From Macrostomum lignano (Eukaryota): 64,000 bases of DNA. The DNA lies in assembly GCA_002269645.1 (NCBI GenBank), contig NIVC01000019.1, positions 186,001 through 250,000 of the forward strand. Direction: 5' to 3'. Within the stretch, counting starts at the first letter, position 1; each line of letters starts with the position of its first letter. The position numbers were made by a program, and so were the translations under genes. This document shows, piece after piece, positions 33,807-44,062 of the stretch. Under the pieces are notes generated by a model. It had not been told where the DNA came from. It saw only the letters and a program-made list of their open reading frames with translations, and did not search any database.

Positions 33807-36800
33807 ACGAAGAAACGGACGATGGAGGTTTCGTGGACGCCTCCTTTGTAAATACTGTCCATGCGCGTGACGCCGATCCATTTATTACAGGACGAGTGGC
33901 TCGACGAGAGGTCGCCTTTCTGCTAGACAGCGGAAGCAGAAGAAACTTCCTCGGAGCGTCCACTTGGGCCGCCATTAGGCGTCGTTCACCACGTTGTATA
34001 GTCGCACCTGCTTATCCTAACCGAGTCGCTATGTACGACGGGACCGAGTTAAGTCTCGCCGCCAAGGTTATCCTATCAATTGAATTCGGGGACTATGTCG
34101 CGGAAACCGAATTCTTCGTCGCCGAAGGAGACTGTGAAAATCTTTTAGGAATTGATTTCATGCGGAGTCACTGCCAAGGACTGGACTTCCAACAAGGAAT
34201 GCTCACATTCCGACAAGGCACCCGACTTCCGGTACGCTATTCAAGGAGAGAACTGAAGGCCTGCCGAGTGTACGTCGCTGAAAAATGCACTCTGCCGCCT
34301 CAATGTTCCTGCCTCGTCGCCATTAAACTAGCCGAAGGTCATCAGCAGAACTACGGTTCACCGATGATTATCGAACCGCTCAAATCAGGACTGCGAGCGA
34401 AGCATCACCAGTTAGACGCAGCCCCGGTCCTGCACACGATAACAGAAGGTCGAGGAGTGATGGAAGTACTCAACCCATCAGACACGGAGGTTCACTTGCG
34501 TCGCAACATGCTATTGGGAGTAGCCACGCCACTCAAGACCCAGGACCTCGAGTACTTCAGCGAGTCGAATGAGCCAGAAGTCCGTCAACTGAATACGACT
34601 GAAGAAACGACTGACAGTTGGATCAACGAGGTCGACATCGGGGACCAGCTGAATAGCCACCAGAGGCACCAGGTTCAAGAAGTACTCAAGGAATGCGAGA
34701 AGGCATTCTCCCTAACTCCGTTGGACCACGGACTGACTCACCTGGTAACTCATGAGATAGTGCTCACAGACTCGACGCCAATCGCGATTCCTCCTCGCCG
34801 GATACCTCCGCATCTACGACCGCAACTGGATCAGATGCTCGACGATATGCTGAAGAAAGGCATCATTCGGCCAACGTACTCCAGTTACAATTCGCCGATG
34901 ATCCTAGTGCCAAAGAAGGACAAGACGATTCGCATTGTGCACGACTTCAGAGCGATCAACGATGTGACGCTGAAGCATCCGTACCCGATCCCGCACATTC
35001 AGGAAACTTTCGCCAAACTCAAAGGAGCGCAGTGGTACTCAAGCCTCGACCTGGTACAAGGTTTCTACCAGATCCCTCTCCGTGAGGAAGACCAGGACAT
35101 CACTGCCTTCTCTGTGCTCGATCGTGGACAATTCTGCTTCAAGGTGCTACCAATGGGACTCACCGACAGCCCCGGATCGTTCCAGCGTTGTATCAACCAA
35201 CTGCTAGAAGGACTAGCACCGCAGGCCGCTCTTGGTTACATGGACGATATCGTTGTACACGCAGTGACGTTCGAAGATCACTTAGACCGTCTACGACAAG
35301 TCCTAAACCGAATCATAGCCGCCAACTTGAAGCTAAAGCCGAAGAAATGCCATTTATTCAAGAAGGAGCTCCACTATCTAGGCCACGTGATTACGCCGGA
35401 AGGCCTACGGACAAGCGAAGACAAGATTGAGCAGATACGCAGTTGGCCAACGCCTCGGACTGTTCGTCAACTACGAAGCTTTCTTGGTCTAGCCAATTAC
35501 TACAAGAAGTTCGTCGAGGATTACTCGGGCATTGCGGCCCCGTTACACGCATTGACACGCAAGGACCTGCAAGGATTCCAGCGTCATTGGACGCAGCAGC
35601 ATCAGACTGCCTTTGAGACTCTGAAGAGCAAGCTATGCTCAACCGAAGTACTCGCCCTCCCAGAGTTCAATGAGGATCCGAAGGTCAAGTTCATCCTGGA
35701 TACCGACGCATCTGACACCCGAATCGGTGCATGTCTAGGACAACTACAATCCGATGGAATAGAACGACCGATCGCCTTTTTCAGTCGCAAGCTCCGTGAC
35801 CCGGAAGTTCGCTACACGGTCACCAAGCGGGAGCTACTGGCTATTGTCGATGCCATGCGACACTTTCGAGAATACTTAATAGGAAAGAAGTTTGAAGTAA
35901 GAAGTGACCATAAGGCCTTGCTCTGGCTGTTACGTCAGACTGAATCTACAGGGATTCTAGGTCGATGGGTCCAGAGGATCAGCGAATTTCAGTTCACCAT
36001 CTCCCATCGCAAGGGTACTGACCACACCAACGCCGACGCGCTATCAAGACGCCCGGACACGCCTCCGTTAGAATGCGATTACGGAGTACTCCAAGACGTC
36101 GACGCTGTCCTGGCTTGCCACCGCGAGGAGACAGGAGACACCACTCAGCGTGAGTGTCGCCGCATTAAGGAAACTGATCCGGGCATCGATTCAGAGGCCA
36201 CCGCACCAGCAGCCCTCTCAATCAAGACCCACAATCGCGATCCAGAGGCAGAGACCGACTTGGACAACGAACCAGAGGCCACCGCACCTGCAGCCCTCTG
36301 CCGAGTTCTCCACTGTTCACGGCGAAGCCAGGAGACAGCAAGCTTGGATGAAGACACAGAGGCCACCGCACCAGCAGCCCTCTGCCGAGCCACCCACGCT
36401 CGCCGTCACTTCAAGGAGACCAATCTGGATGAAGTTCAAGAGGCCACTGTACCCTCAGCCCTCTCCAACGACAGCCATCAGGTCTACCTACAGAGTTTGG
36501 AGACTGACTTGGACGAAGATTCGGAGGCCACCGCTCCAGCAGCCCTCCCAGTCGAGCGCCACTGCTCAGATCTCGGTCGAAAATTTACCGCTGAGGAGTC
36601 CCGCTGCTCTTCCATGAGCCGACAGACTCAGCAGGTCGAGCCGTCTCGTTGCTCTTCCATGAGCCTGCAGCCGACCACCCATTATCAACGCGTGGACGAT
36701 ATGTCTTGCGCCATGACGCGCCTTCGTCCTACGCCGAAACCGACGCGTTCCTATGCAGAGGTGACGAAGTCTGCATACGAGGAAGACAGAGCACGTACAG

Positions 36801-38764
36801 CTGAAGCATCTCCCCAGCTCGCAACTTCTCAAAGTCTGCCGCGCTGCCGAGCATTGCTTACGGATCATCTGAAGCCGCCTTTGCCGCGCGACAAGCTCAT
36901 CAAAGCTCAACAGGATGACCCAGCTATTGGCTACGTTTACAAGTTGATCAAGGAGAATCAACCGAAACCAGCGTTTGACGATCGATTACGACTTAGCAGA
37001 GAGCAACGGAATCTGCTTGGATACTACGAGTTACTATTCCTCGAGCGAGACCTACTCATGATCAACATGACGGAAAAAGACACTCCACCGAAGATTGTCT
37101 TACCAGTAGCTCTCGACAACGAAGTTTTTAACGAGCTCCACAATTCGCCTTTAGCAGGACACCAAGGACAGCGAAAGACCGCCCAACGTGTGCGCGAAAG
37201 ATTCTGGCGAACAGGTCTAGTCCGAGCCATTGAGACCTACGTCAGCAAATGCCGAACCTGCCTAGAGAGCAAGTCACGACGAAAACAGCAAGTGCCAGTG
37301 CAGAGCTTTCCAGTCTGTGAAGTTTTTGGAAGACTTCACATGGATGTGATCGGACCAATTGCGCAACCGTCCAAAGGAGGTCATCGATACATCCTGACAC
37401 TCTGCTGTGCGACATCAAAGTTTCCGATAGCTTATCCGATGAGAAATCAGAAAGCTAAAACCGTTATCCGATTACTACAGGACCGATTTATTCCAGAATA
37501 CGGAGTTCCAGCTTGGATTCACACGGATCAAGGCACGAACTTTACAGGAAACGCCTTCAAGAAGTTCTGTGATCTCTACGCTATCAGGCACACGACAACG
37601 ACGCCGGACAACCCAGCATCCAACGGACTGGTAGAAAATCGGAACAAGCAGATCAAGAGCATTCTGACATGTCTCCTCGAGCACGATCATCGCGATTGGG
37701 ACACATTTCTGCCAGCGTGCATGATTGCTCTTCGATCCAGCGTTCATCCAGTCACAGGCTATACGCCTTACTTCTTAGTCTATGGCCGAGAATACAGGAT
37801 GCCCCTCGACAATTCATTGAAGCTACTCCCGGAGTACGCTAACCTGCCTGATTACGTCGCAGAATTTCAGCAACGCCTCAAGCACGCCACGGACCTCGCC
37901 AAGGAACGGCTAGGCCTGCATCAGCAAGCGCGAGACGAACACTACGAGAACCGACCAGCAGCTAAGAAGCTACAGCCGGGAGATCTCGTCTTCTTGAACA
38001 ACCCGGTCCTACACGAAGATGAAGCAGCAAAGTTCCACAGGCCAAGGAGATCGTTGTACGAAGTGGTGGAAAGCAAAGGAGAGGTCGTCTACAAGATTCG
38101 ACGGAAGGTTCGACACCCTCGAGAACGACCGGACGAGATGGTAGTTCATCGCCGGAACCTCCTCCTTGTGCCCACTTCAGATTACCCAATTGCAGATCTC
38201 GAAGGGCCAGCTGAACCGAAGAAGCAACGCCGAGTTCGACAGGCTGACGCCGGAGCTGCGACACTCCCCGCCATCTCTGAAGACTCTGACGAAGAAGAAG
38301 ACGACCTGGACATGAGACCCGCCTACCGCTGGCGACTCCGATCAGCTGCTCAGCCAGGCGCGCGTCCAACCGAAGTCCGCATCCAGGAACCTGAAGTTAT
38401 GGAGAATAGAGTTGAGCTTGAGTCACTGCCGTATGATTCTTGCGACGCTCCATCTGCTCCTACAGTCGAACCGTTGAGGCGACCTGAAATTAGAATTAGC
38501 GATAGGATTAACCTAGACTCTGATAGGAACAATCAATGTAATAGTCATGTTTTGTCGGCCAATTTGCCAAATAATAGTCATGTTTTGTCGGCCAATTTGC
38601 CATCAACTAGTCAAGTCGACTGGGCCGTCAATGACAGGCCAGTTAGGGCTCGAAGGGAACCTGACCGCTTGGTTCTTAAACCAAAGTCAAAGTCCTACTT
38701 GAGCCGGTTAATCAACTTTTTCCGCCGGCCTCGTGCCTGTTCCAGAGCTGAAAAGCAACATTAA
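33671..38764 (+). CDS. Gypsy Pol (PR-RT-RNase H-IN), probably expressed by -1 frameshift
   Basis: FLLDSGS (PR); LPMGLTDSPGSFQR, YMDDIVV (RT); ILDTDASD (RH); HHCC, LHMDVIGP, IHTDQGTNF, SNGLVENRN (IN); PGDLVFL. Slippery G GGA AAC at 33671-33677 lies in the gag frame and pol is in the -1 frame. Confidence 0.95.
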   Translation, partial: GKRPAGGRKRQRPPSSSPGYAADTEHAPEEYGPAAAAADSSESSVNEETDDGGFVDASFVNTVHARDADPFITGRVARREVAFLLDSGSRRNFLGASTWAAIRRRSPRCIVAPAYPNRVAMYDGTELSLAAKVILSIEFGDYVAETEFFVAEGDCENLLGIDFMRSHCQGLDFQQGMLTFRQGTRLPVRYSRRELKACRVYVAEKCTLPPQCSCLVAIKLAEGHQQNYGSPMIIEPLKSGLRAKHHQLDAAPVLHTITEGRGVMEVLNPSDTEVHLRRNMLLGVATPLKTQDLEYFSESNEPEVRQLNTTEETTDSWINEVDIGDQLNSHQRHQVQEVLKECEKAFSLTPLDHGLTHLVTHEIVLTDSTPIAIPPRRIPPHLRPQLDQMLDDMLKKGIIRPTYSSYNSPMILVPKKDKTIRIVHDFRAINDVTLKHPYPIPHIQETFAKLKGAQWYSSLDLVQGFYQIPLREEDQDITAFSVLDRGQFCFKVLPMGLTDSPGSFQRCINQLLEGLAPQAALGYMDDIVVHAVTFEDHLDRLRQVLNRIIAANLKLKPKKCHLFKKELHYLGHVITPEGLRTSEDKIEQIRSWPTPRTVRQLRSFLGLANYYKKFVEDYSGIAAPLHALTRKDLQGFQRHWTQQHQTAFETLKSKLCSTEVLALPEFNEDPKVKFILDTDASDTRIGACLGQLQSDGIERPIAFFSRKLRDPEVRYTVTKRELLAIVDAMRHFREYLIGKKFEVRSDHKALLWLLRQTESTGILGRWVQRISEFQFTISHRKGTDHTNADALSRRPDTPPLECDYGVLQDVDAVLACHREETGDTTQRECRRIKETDPGIDSEATAPAALSIKTHNRDPEAETDLDNEPEATAPAALCRVLHCSRRSQETASLDEDTEATAPAALCRATHARRHFKETNLDEVQEATVPSALSNDSHQVYLQSLETDLDEDSEATAPAALPVERHCSDLGRKFTAEESRCSSMSRQTQQVEPSRCSSMSLQPTTHYQRVDDMSCAMTRLRPTPKPTRSYAEVTKSAYEEDRARTAEASPQLATSQSLPRCRALLTDHLKPPLPRDKLIKAQQDDPAIGYVYKLIKENQPKPAFDDRLRLSREQRNLLGYYELLFLERDLLMINMTEKDTPPKIVLPVALDNEVFNELHNSPLAGHQGQRKTAQRVRERFWRTGLVRAIETYVSKCRTCLESKSRRKQQVPVQSFPVCEVFGRLHMDVIGPIAQPSKGGHRYILTLCCATSKFPIAYPMRNQKAKTVIRLLQDRFIPEYGVPAWIHTDQGTNFTGNAFKKFCDLYAIRHTTTTPDNPASNGLVENRNKQIKSILTCLLEHDHRDWDTFLPACMIALRSSVHPVTGYTPYFLVYGREYRMPLDNSLKLLPEYANLPDYVAEFQQRLKHATDLAKERLGLHQQARDEHYENRPAAKKLQPGDLVFLNNPVLHEDEAAKFHRPRRSLYEVVESKGEVVYKIRRKVRHPRERPDEMVVHRRNLLLVPTSDYPIADLEGPAEPKKQRRVRQADAGAATLPAISEDSDEEEDDLDMRPAYRWRLRSAAQPGARPTEVRIQEPEVMENRVELESLPYDSCDAPSAPTVEPLRRPEIRISDRINLDSDRNNQCNSHVLSANLPNNSHVLSANLPSTSQVDWAVNDRPVRARREPDRLVLKPKSKSYLSRLINFFRRPRACSRAEKQH

Positions 38765-38775
38765 GTCACTAAAGG

Positions 38776-39906
38776 ATGACCGGCAAGGAAAACCGCAAGA
38801 AGCGTGACCGCGAACCATCTAGAACGCCCTCGCCGGCCAGTGGGCGCAAGCGGACCCGGCCTGCTCTACCATCTCGCACGGCCCGTGTCATACCAACACC
38901 GGCGCAGGACCCGACCCGCAGGCGCCGAAGTCGCTGGGATGAGCGGCCACGTCATGCGGCCCGAGTGGAAGTGCGCAGGCTGGCGCCGTTACAGCCAACT
39001 CAGCAAGGCGATCCACTCGCGGTCGCCAGGGAGCGAGCAGCCGCCATCCGCCTCCGGTTAGACCCGCCGCGCGCTATCCTAGCTGACGCCCGGCTGCCGG
39101 CAGCTGACAAACCGATCTCGCCATCCCGACCAGGACCGCCACCGGCGCAGCCGCTACCAGAGCCTCCGGCGCAGAGCTTGCCCGATCACCAGCGCCAAGA
39201 TGACATGGTGCTCCAGCTGTTCGGGAGTCCGGTCAGCTCCTTGCAAGAGGAGCACGGCGAAGACTTGCTGCCGCCGCTGCAGGACCTGCTGTCTCCAGGG
39301 GAACACTCCGCCCCAAACGCCCAACCACCGGCTCTATTCGATCCACAGAGGGACATCCTGCGCACTCCGCCGCAACCGCACTCGCCACCTCCGGCTCAAT
39401 ATTTAGGCGTGTTGACGCCGCCGCCGCAGCCAGATACCATCAATCTAGATGAAATCCCCACGCCGCCCACGCCGCCAACACCGCGCTTCCGCCGACCGTC
39501 GCCCGTGCCATCGCCGCCCCGCTTATTCAATCGAACGGAACTAGCGGAGGCCATCAGCGTCGCCATCCGGACTCGGCCTCAGCAAAGGGATGCAGCGACC
39601 CAAAGTGACTGCCTAAGCGTTGTACAAGAGGGGGCCATCATCGCTCTTACGGAGCTCCTAGTAGCAGCGGGGCTCAAAGGGCAGCTCTGCCGCAGGTGGC
39701 CTGACCGCATCCAAGAGGAGTTCCGTGCGGCCGCGCCTGAGGAAAGGCGACGGGCCATCAAGGAGATCGGCCGTAGAACCGCCGAAGCCCTGCCGCCGCA
39801 TCCGCCGCACGCCACTACACTCGAACTGGCGATCCTCAAGCTTCTCTTTTTCCTGGGACAAGCTAACGATGTGCCGAGCCCTTTTGGCAAATTTGTGCGT
39901 TATTAA
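38776..39906 (+). CDS. Gypsy ORF3, unknown function, basic and proline-rich, not env-like (376 aa)
   Basis: Uninterrupted ATG ORF starting 11 nt after the pol stop, inside a young element; GC-rich against an AT-rich 3' UTR; no signal peptide or clear TM segment seen. Confidence 0.75.
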   Translation: MTGKENRKKRDREPSRTPSPASGRKRTRPALPSRTARVIPTPAQDPTRRRRSRWDERPRHAARVEVRRLAPLQPTQQGDPLAVARERAAAIRLRLDPPRAILADARLPAADKPISPSRPGPPPAQPLPEPPAQSLPDHQRQDDMVLQLFGSPVSSLQEEHGEDLLPPLQDLLSPGEHSAPNAQPPALFDPQRDILRTPPQPHSPPPAQYLGVLTPPPQPDTINLDEIPTPPTPPTPRFRRPSPVPSPPRLFNRTELAEAISVAIRTRPQQRDAATQSDCLSVVQEGAIIALTELLVAAGLKGQLCRRWPDRIQEEFRAAAPEERRRAIKEIGRRTAEALPPHPPHATTLELAILKLLFFLGQANDVPSPFGKFVRY

Positions 39907-40270
39907 CAACATCAAATTTTGGCAATAGTAACACTTTTACATTTACAAAAAAAATTGCAATCAACAACATCAAAACTTTTCGATCTATTTCAAAATTTTT
40001 CATCACTTCAAAAATAATCAAAATAATCTGTATGCAAAATAATCATCTTAAATACGCATTTTGCTCCCTTAAATTTTACAAAATAAGCAATCAATCATGT
40101 AGTAGGTATAATTCAACGCTGCCTTACTCAAGTACACCATCTCTTTGTAGGCGCTTCATTTTACGGTCAGCTTTATTTGTAATAAATACTCATTATCCAG
40201 TGGCCTTGTTAGAGCCGATTTTTGTTTTCAAATAAAATTGAATCATCGTTCCGCTGCTGCAATTTAATTT

Positions 40271-40282
40271 GGACGGGGAGAG
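40271..40282 (+). other. Polypurine tract
   Basis: GGACGGGGAGAG directly before the 3' LTR. Confidence 0.85.
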
Positions 40283-41147
40283 TGTAGTGACTGGCTGCTA
40301 ACTGGCTATTCAGCAGCACTCACTAGCTTTCTCTTAAGAGTGCTGTGATCCGCTGCACAGTATCTCAGTCCACCTGAGCTAGTGAGAGAGTTACCCTGTG
40401 CTGGGCCTAAGTGTTTACTGCCCGATGACTCATCGCCTGAGCGGGCGCGGGCAGCCACACTCAATGTCTTCCCACTCGCGCTGAGGAGGCGTTGCAGGAT
40501 GACTCATCACCTGCGCGGAGTGTAAGGGCTGCCTAGAGGGCGTAAACGGGATGACTCATCCGCCCATGTTCTTTTTAGCACAGAATAAGCACGTGACTGT
40601 GCACGCACTCTGAGCGTGGCCACTGACCTTGAGTCACGCCACTGCTGCGTGACAGGGTTGCCTTATTTGGAAGTTGGCCTTGGATCACGCGTTGCCCGCA
40701 TGATTCCAATGCCCAAATAAGGAAGTTTCACGCGCTCACCGCATGAAACTCACGTGACTTTTGGGGGTCAGCTCGGCTATAAATACGGAGCATCTGCGAG
40801 CCATTTTCTCCAGACTTGAGAGCACCGTGTTCGTAGACTGCGTCGTCTCGCGGAGCATTGTGGCTAACTCGTGAAGCCTCTGCCTCCGAGCTCTCCTCTC
40901 TCATTTCAGGTTTACAGGTTTCAGGTCCGAGCAGCATTCAACTAAGACGATCGACTGTCGAGACATTTTTCAGATTTGCCTTTGCTCCGAGCGACTTTGT
41001 TAATTTTCTTTCAGGTGACGGATAGACAACTCTGCCGACGCGTCGAGTCCGCACACCAAGGTGGCAGCAACCCTACCAAGCAACGGCAACGTTTTAGGTT
41101 CATTTTCAGGCAAATCGTTAGGACCGAAGCAAAGGGCAAACGTTACA
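40283..41147 (+). repeat. 3' LTR (865 bp)
   Basis: Near-identical to 31535-32400; duplicate ORFs in the ORF track confirm it. Confidence 0.96.
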
Positions 41148-41530
41148 CTTTTGGCGCGTTGTTTAGCGCGTTTGCGCTCAAGCCGAGCCCGCTGAGCTTC
41201 ATCGGATCTGCCAGATTTTGCCGGTCCTTTAGGCTCAGAGCTCGCGGTTCCCTTAGATCCACCAGCGGAGCTGGCAGGTCTTTGGGTATTTTGAGTTTGG
41301 TAGCTCTGGTCGGATCTGCCAGCAGAGCCAGCCGGTCCTTCCTTTGCCACAGTTGAATCAGTCGGTTGGGATCTGCCAGCAGGGCCGGCCGGTCCTTCGG
41401 ACTGAGGTTGGGGTTTAGAAGGGTCTCCGTCCCTAGAAATAGCTTGTTTATCCATAGTCGGCTCGAAGGCCATGATAGAAGGTTGGTGGGCTACCCTCAA
41501 AGGGGCGCGGTACCCACCCGGCCGCTCCAC
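41148..41530 (-). pseudogene. LINE ORF1, 5' part
   Basis: MERPGG...RLERKRAKQRAK joins in frame across the CTTT TSD to RQAKKGAAG at 31530, reconstructing an ORF1 of about 520 aa. Confidence 0.85.
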
Positions 41531-42119
41531 CTGACCGGGCAGTAGGCCAATAGCACCCTCAAGGCTGGCCCGACACCAGGAGGGGGACCGCTTGCGACCG
41601 GACTACTCCCCGGCCTTCCAGCCCATCGGCACGGTCAACACCTTAGGCATTAGAGAGTACGTTGAGCAGTACCACGGCCTGCAGGTTGGCGAGCCAGACC
41701 CGCATACCCAAATTCGGCCGAAGCCACTGGATAGGGTCGCCAGCGCCGGAGCCCAGTCTGTCCAGCAGCCCTAGGGACTGCCTTGAACACACGCGGGGAC
41801 GAGTACCCTGGGTCGACTTGCGAGACAGCGTGGGGGGGTCTGCGGCTGCCAGAGGCAAATAGAGGGTGCAGACCTCCCACCAGCCTTGACCTGCTGAAGA
41901 TAGGGGCAGGCGTGAAGCATCGCAGACCTTAGCCCATGGGCCTAGTCTGTCTCATACTTCACTGGCATGCTGAATACACCTTCGCGTGCTTAGGGCAGGT
42001 GCCCTCGAAATGATGAGACAAACAACACAACTCTGCCTATGGATTTGAGCGAATGTCCATCGACAGAACCATTAATTGCGTCTCTGCGTTAAGATGGCCG
42101 TTAGTTGAGCTTGATTGTA

Positions 42120-42753
42120 CACTCAGCAACATTTAAAACGCAACACTCTAACTAGAAGAAAAATCAACTCACTCAGAAGAGTCAAAGCGCATAGTCTATG
42201 GTTCAAATCGAGCTTCAGAAACGCGTGTAGCTTCCTCTCGCAAGTAACAGGGCGATGACTATGGACTGTTTTCAGATAGAGTGATCCAGCTGAGAGAATG
42301 GTTCAACAGATGACAGACGCGGAAAGATGGCGAGCAGTCGGAATGTTGGAAGCAGGTTGTACTCTTCGAACAGTTGCGAACCACTTCGGGAGGTCGCCTT
42401 CAACAGTTTTACGTCTGCTACAGAAGAGCAGAGCCACTGGAAGCGTGGCTCACGCGAGAAAAGGTACGGTGCTTCACCAACTTCGCAGTACAACAGCTGT
42501 TGTTCGAAGAGTACAACCTGCTTCCAACATTCCGACTGCTCGCCATCTTTCCGCGTCTGTCATCTGTTGAACCATTCTCTCAGCTGGATCACTCTATCTG
42601 AAAACAGTCCATAGTCATCGCCCTGTTACTTGCGAGAGGAAGCTACACGCGTTTCTGAAGCTCGATTTGAACCATAGACTATGCGCTTTGACTCTTCTGA
42701 GTGAGTTGATTTTTCTTCTAGTTAGAGTGTTGCGTTTTAAATTTTGCTGAGTG
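42120..42753. mobile_element. Tc1/mariner-derived foldback element (634 bp)
   Basis: TA TSD; termini CACTCAGCAA / TTGCTGAGTG; 253-bp arms (42120-42372, 42501-42753); contains a Tc1 N-terminal HTH, MTDAERWRAVGMLEAGCTLRTVANHFGRSPSTVLRLLQKSRATGSV. Confidence 0.88.
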
Positions 42754-43458
42754 TAGTTAAGCATAGCTTAGTTTTAAGCTTTTTTTATTTAACGAGATAA
42801 CCTGAGACGAGCGTTAATAGAGTCAGAAACTATTTTGTGACACAGACAAATAAACTAAAGCTGGGGCAACGACTGAGAATCAAGGTGCATTGGGTTCGGA
42901 TAGGTATTCAATAGGTGTTTAAAAACCAAACAGTTCCTATCTCTCGAATTCGCCTTTATAAACCTGATTGCTTAAATTTATATCGATGATCTGACAGTCT
43001 CCGTGCAGGATTAAGAGAATAAGTCTCAGCTAGTTCAACACTGAGCTATCAGATATTTTTGCCTAAACTGATAACAGCACAGAATTTCTAGCGCTTTGGC
43101 AAGCATTCATGAAAAATTGTAATAGTAAGTTTTTTAGCTGACAAAGGTAGCAATAGGATTTGACATTTCACTCTAGTAAATATTTATTTAAACCCACGGT
43201 TCCACGAGTAAAAAACTGCCAGCGATTACTTCAATCGTTTTTTACTGCAGTGCAATAAGTGTTGAAAAAATACAAAACTTTAAGTCCAAATCCAGGTTAG
43301 GAAAGGAGTTGCACTTTTGTAAGACGCGGCTATTTTTATGGATTATCCCATATTACTGTACATACACTTACACCCGCACGCTATAGAAACAATTTTTGGT
43401 CATTATTCCAAGACGAGACGTGGCAAGACGCACGCGAAATCAGCATTCATAACAGTGT

Positions 43459-43715
43459 TGTTTATGGTCAAACTATAGGACACACATCACAGTTGTCTAT
43501 GGTCAAACTATAGGACACACATCACAGTTGTCTATGGTCAAACTATGGGACACACATCACAGTTGTCTATGGTCAAGCTATAGGACACACATCACAGTTG
43601 TCTATGGTCAAACTATGGGACACAAATCACAGTTGTCTATGGTCAAACTATGGGACACAAATCACAGTTGTCTATGATCAAACTATGGGATACACATCAC
43701 AACCTTGTCTATGGA
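43459..43715. repeat. 35-bp tandem repeat (about 7 copies)
   Basis: Unit TGTCTATGGTCAAACTATAGGACACACATCACAGT. Confidence 0.93.
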
Positions 43716-43759
43716 ATACTATCCTCTCAAAACAGCCAATCTAAAGCTTGACTGCGGGC

Positions 43760-44062
43760 CAGGGGGAGAAGAGGGAATTGAGGGAATAGAAGAGAAATAG
43801 GTGAGAAGAGGGGAGAAGAGGGGATAAGAGGGGAGAAGAAGGGGGAAAGGGAAGAAGAGGGGAGAAGAGAGAAGTGAAAGGAGAGAAGGGAGATAAGAGA
43901 GAAGAGGGGAAAGATGGGAGAGAGGAAAGAGAAATCGAGAGGAGGGAGGAGGGGAGAGGAGAGAGGGGAAGTGAGAAAGGAGAGGGGAAATGAGATAGAA
44001 AGAGGTGAGAGGAGACAGGAGAGAGTAGAGGAGATAAGAGTGAGAGAGAGCTGAGAAGAGAC
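43760..44062. repeat. GA-rich polypurine low-complexity tract
   Basis: About 300 bp almost entirely G/A on the + strand. Confidence 0.9.

Larger units (their letters stand above)
31535..41147 (+). mobile_element. Gypsy/Ty3 LTR retrotransposon, full length (about 9.6 kb)
   Basis: TG...CA LTRs, 4-bp TSD CTTT (31531-31534, 41148-41151), PBS, PPT, gag, pol in PR-RT-RH-IN order, and ORF3. Confidence 0.97.
26458..42000 (-). mobile_element. Non-LTR retrotransposon (LOA/Lian-like, I group with RNase H), interrupted by a Gypsy element
   Basis: Intact ORF2, split ORF1, 3' tail of two TAAGCAT units (26458-26471). The 5' boundary is approximate (41900-42040) and no TSD was found. Confidence 0.85.
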
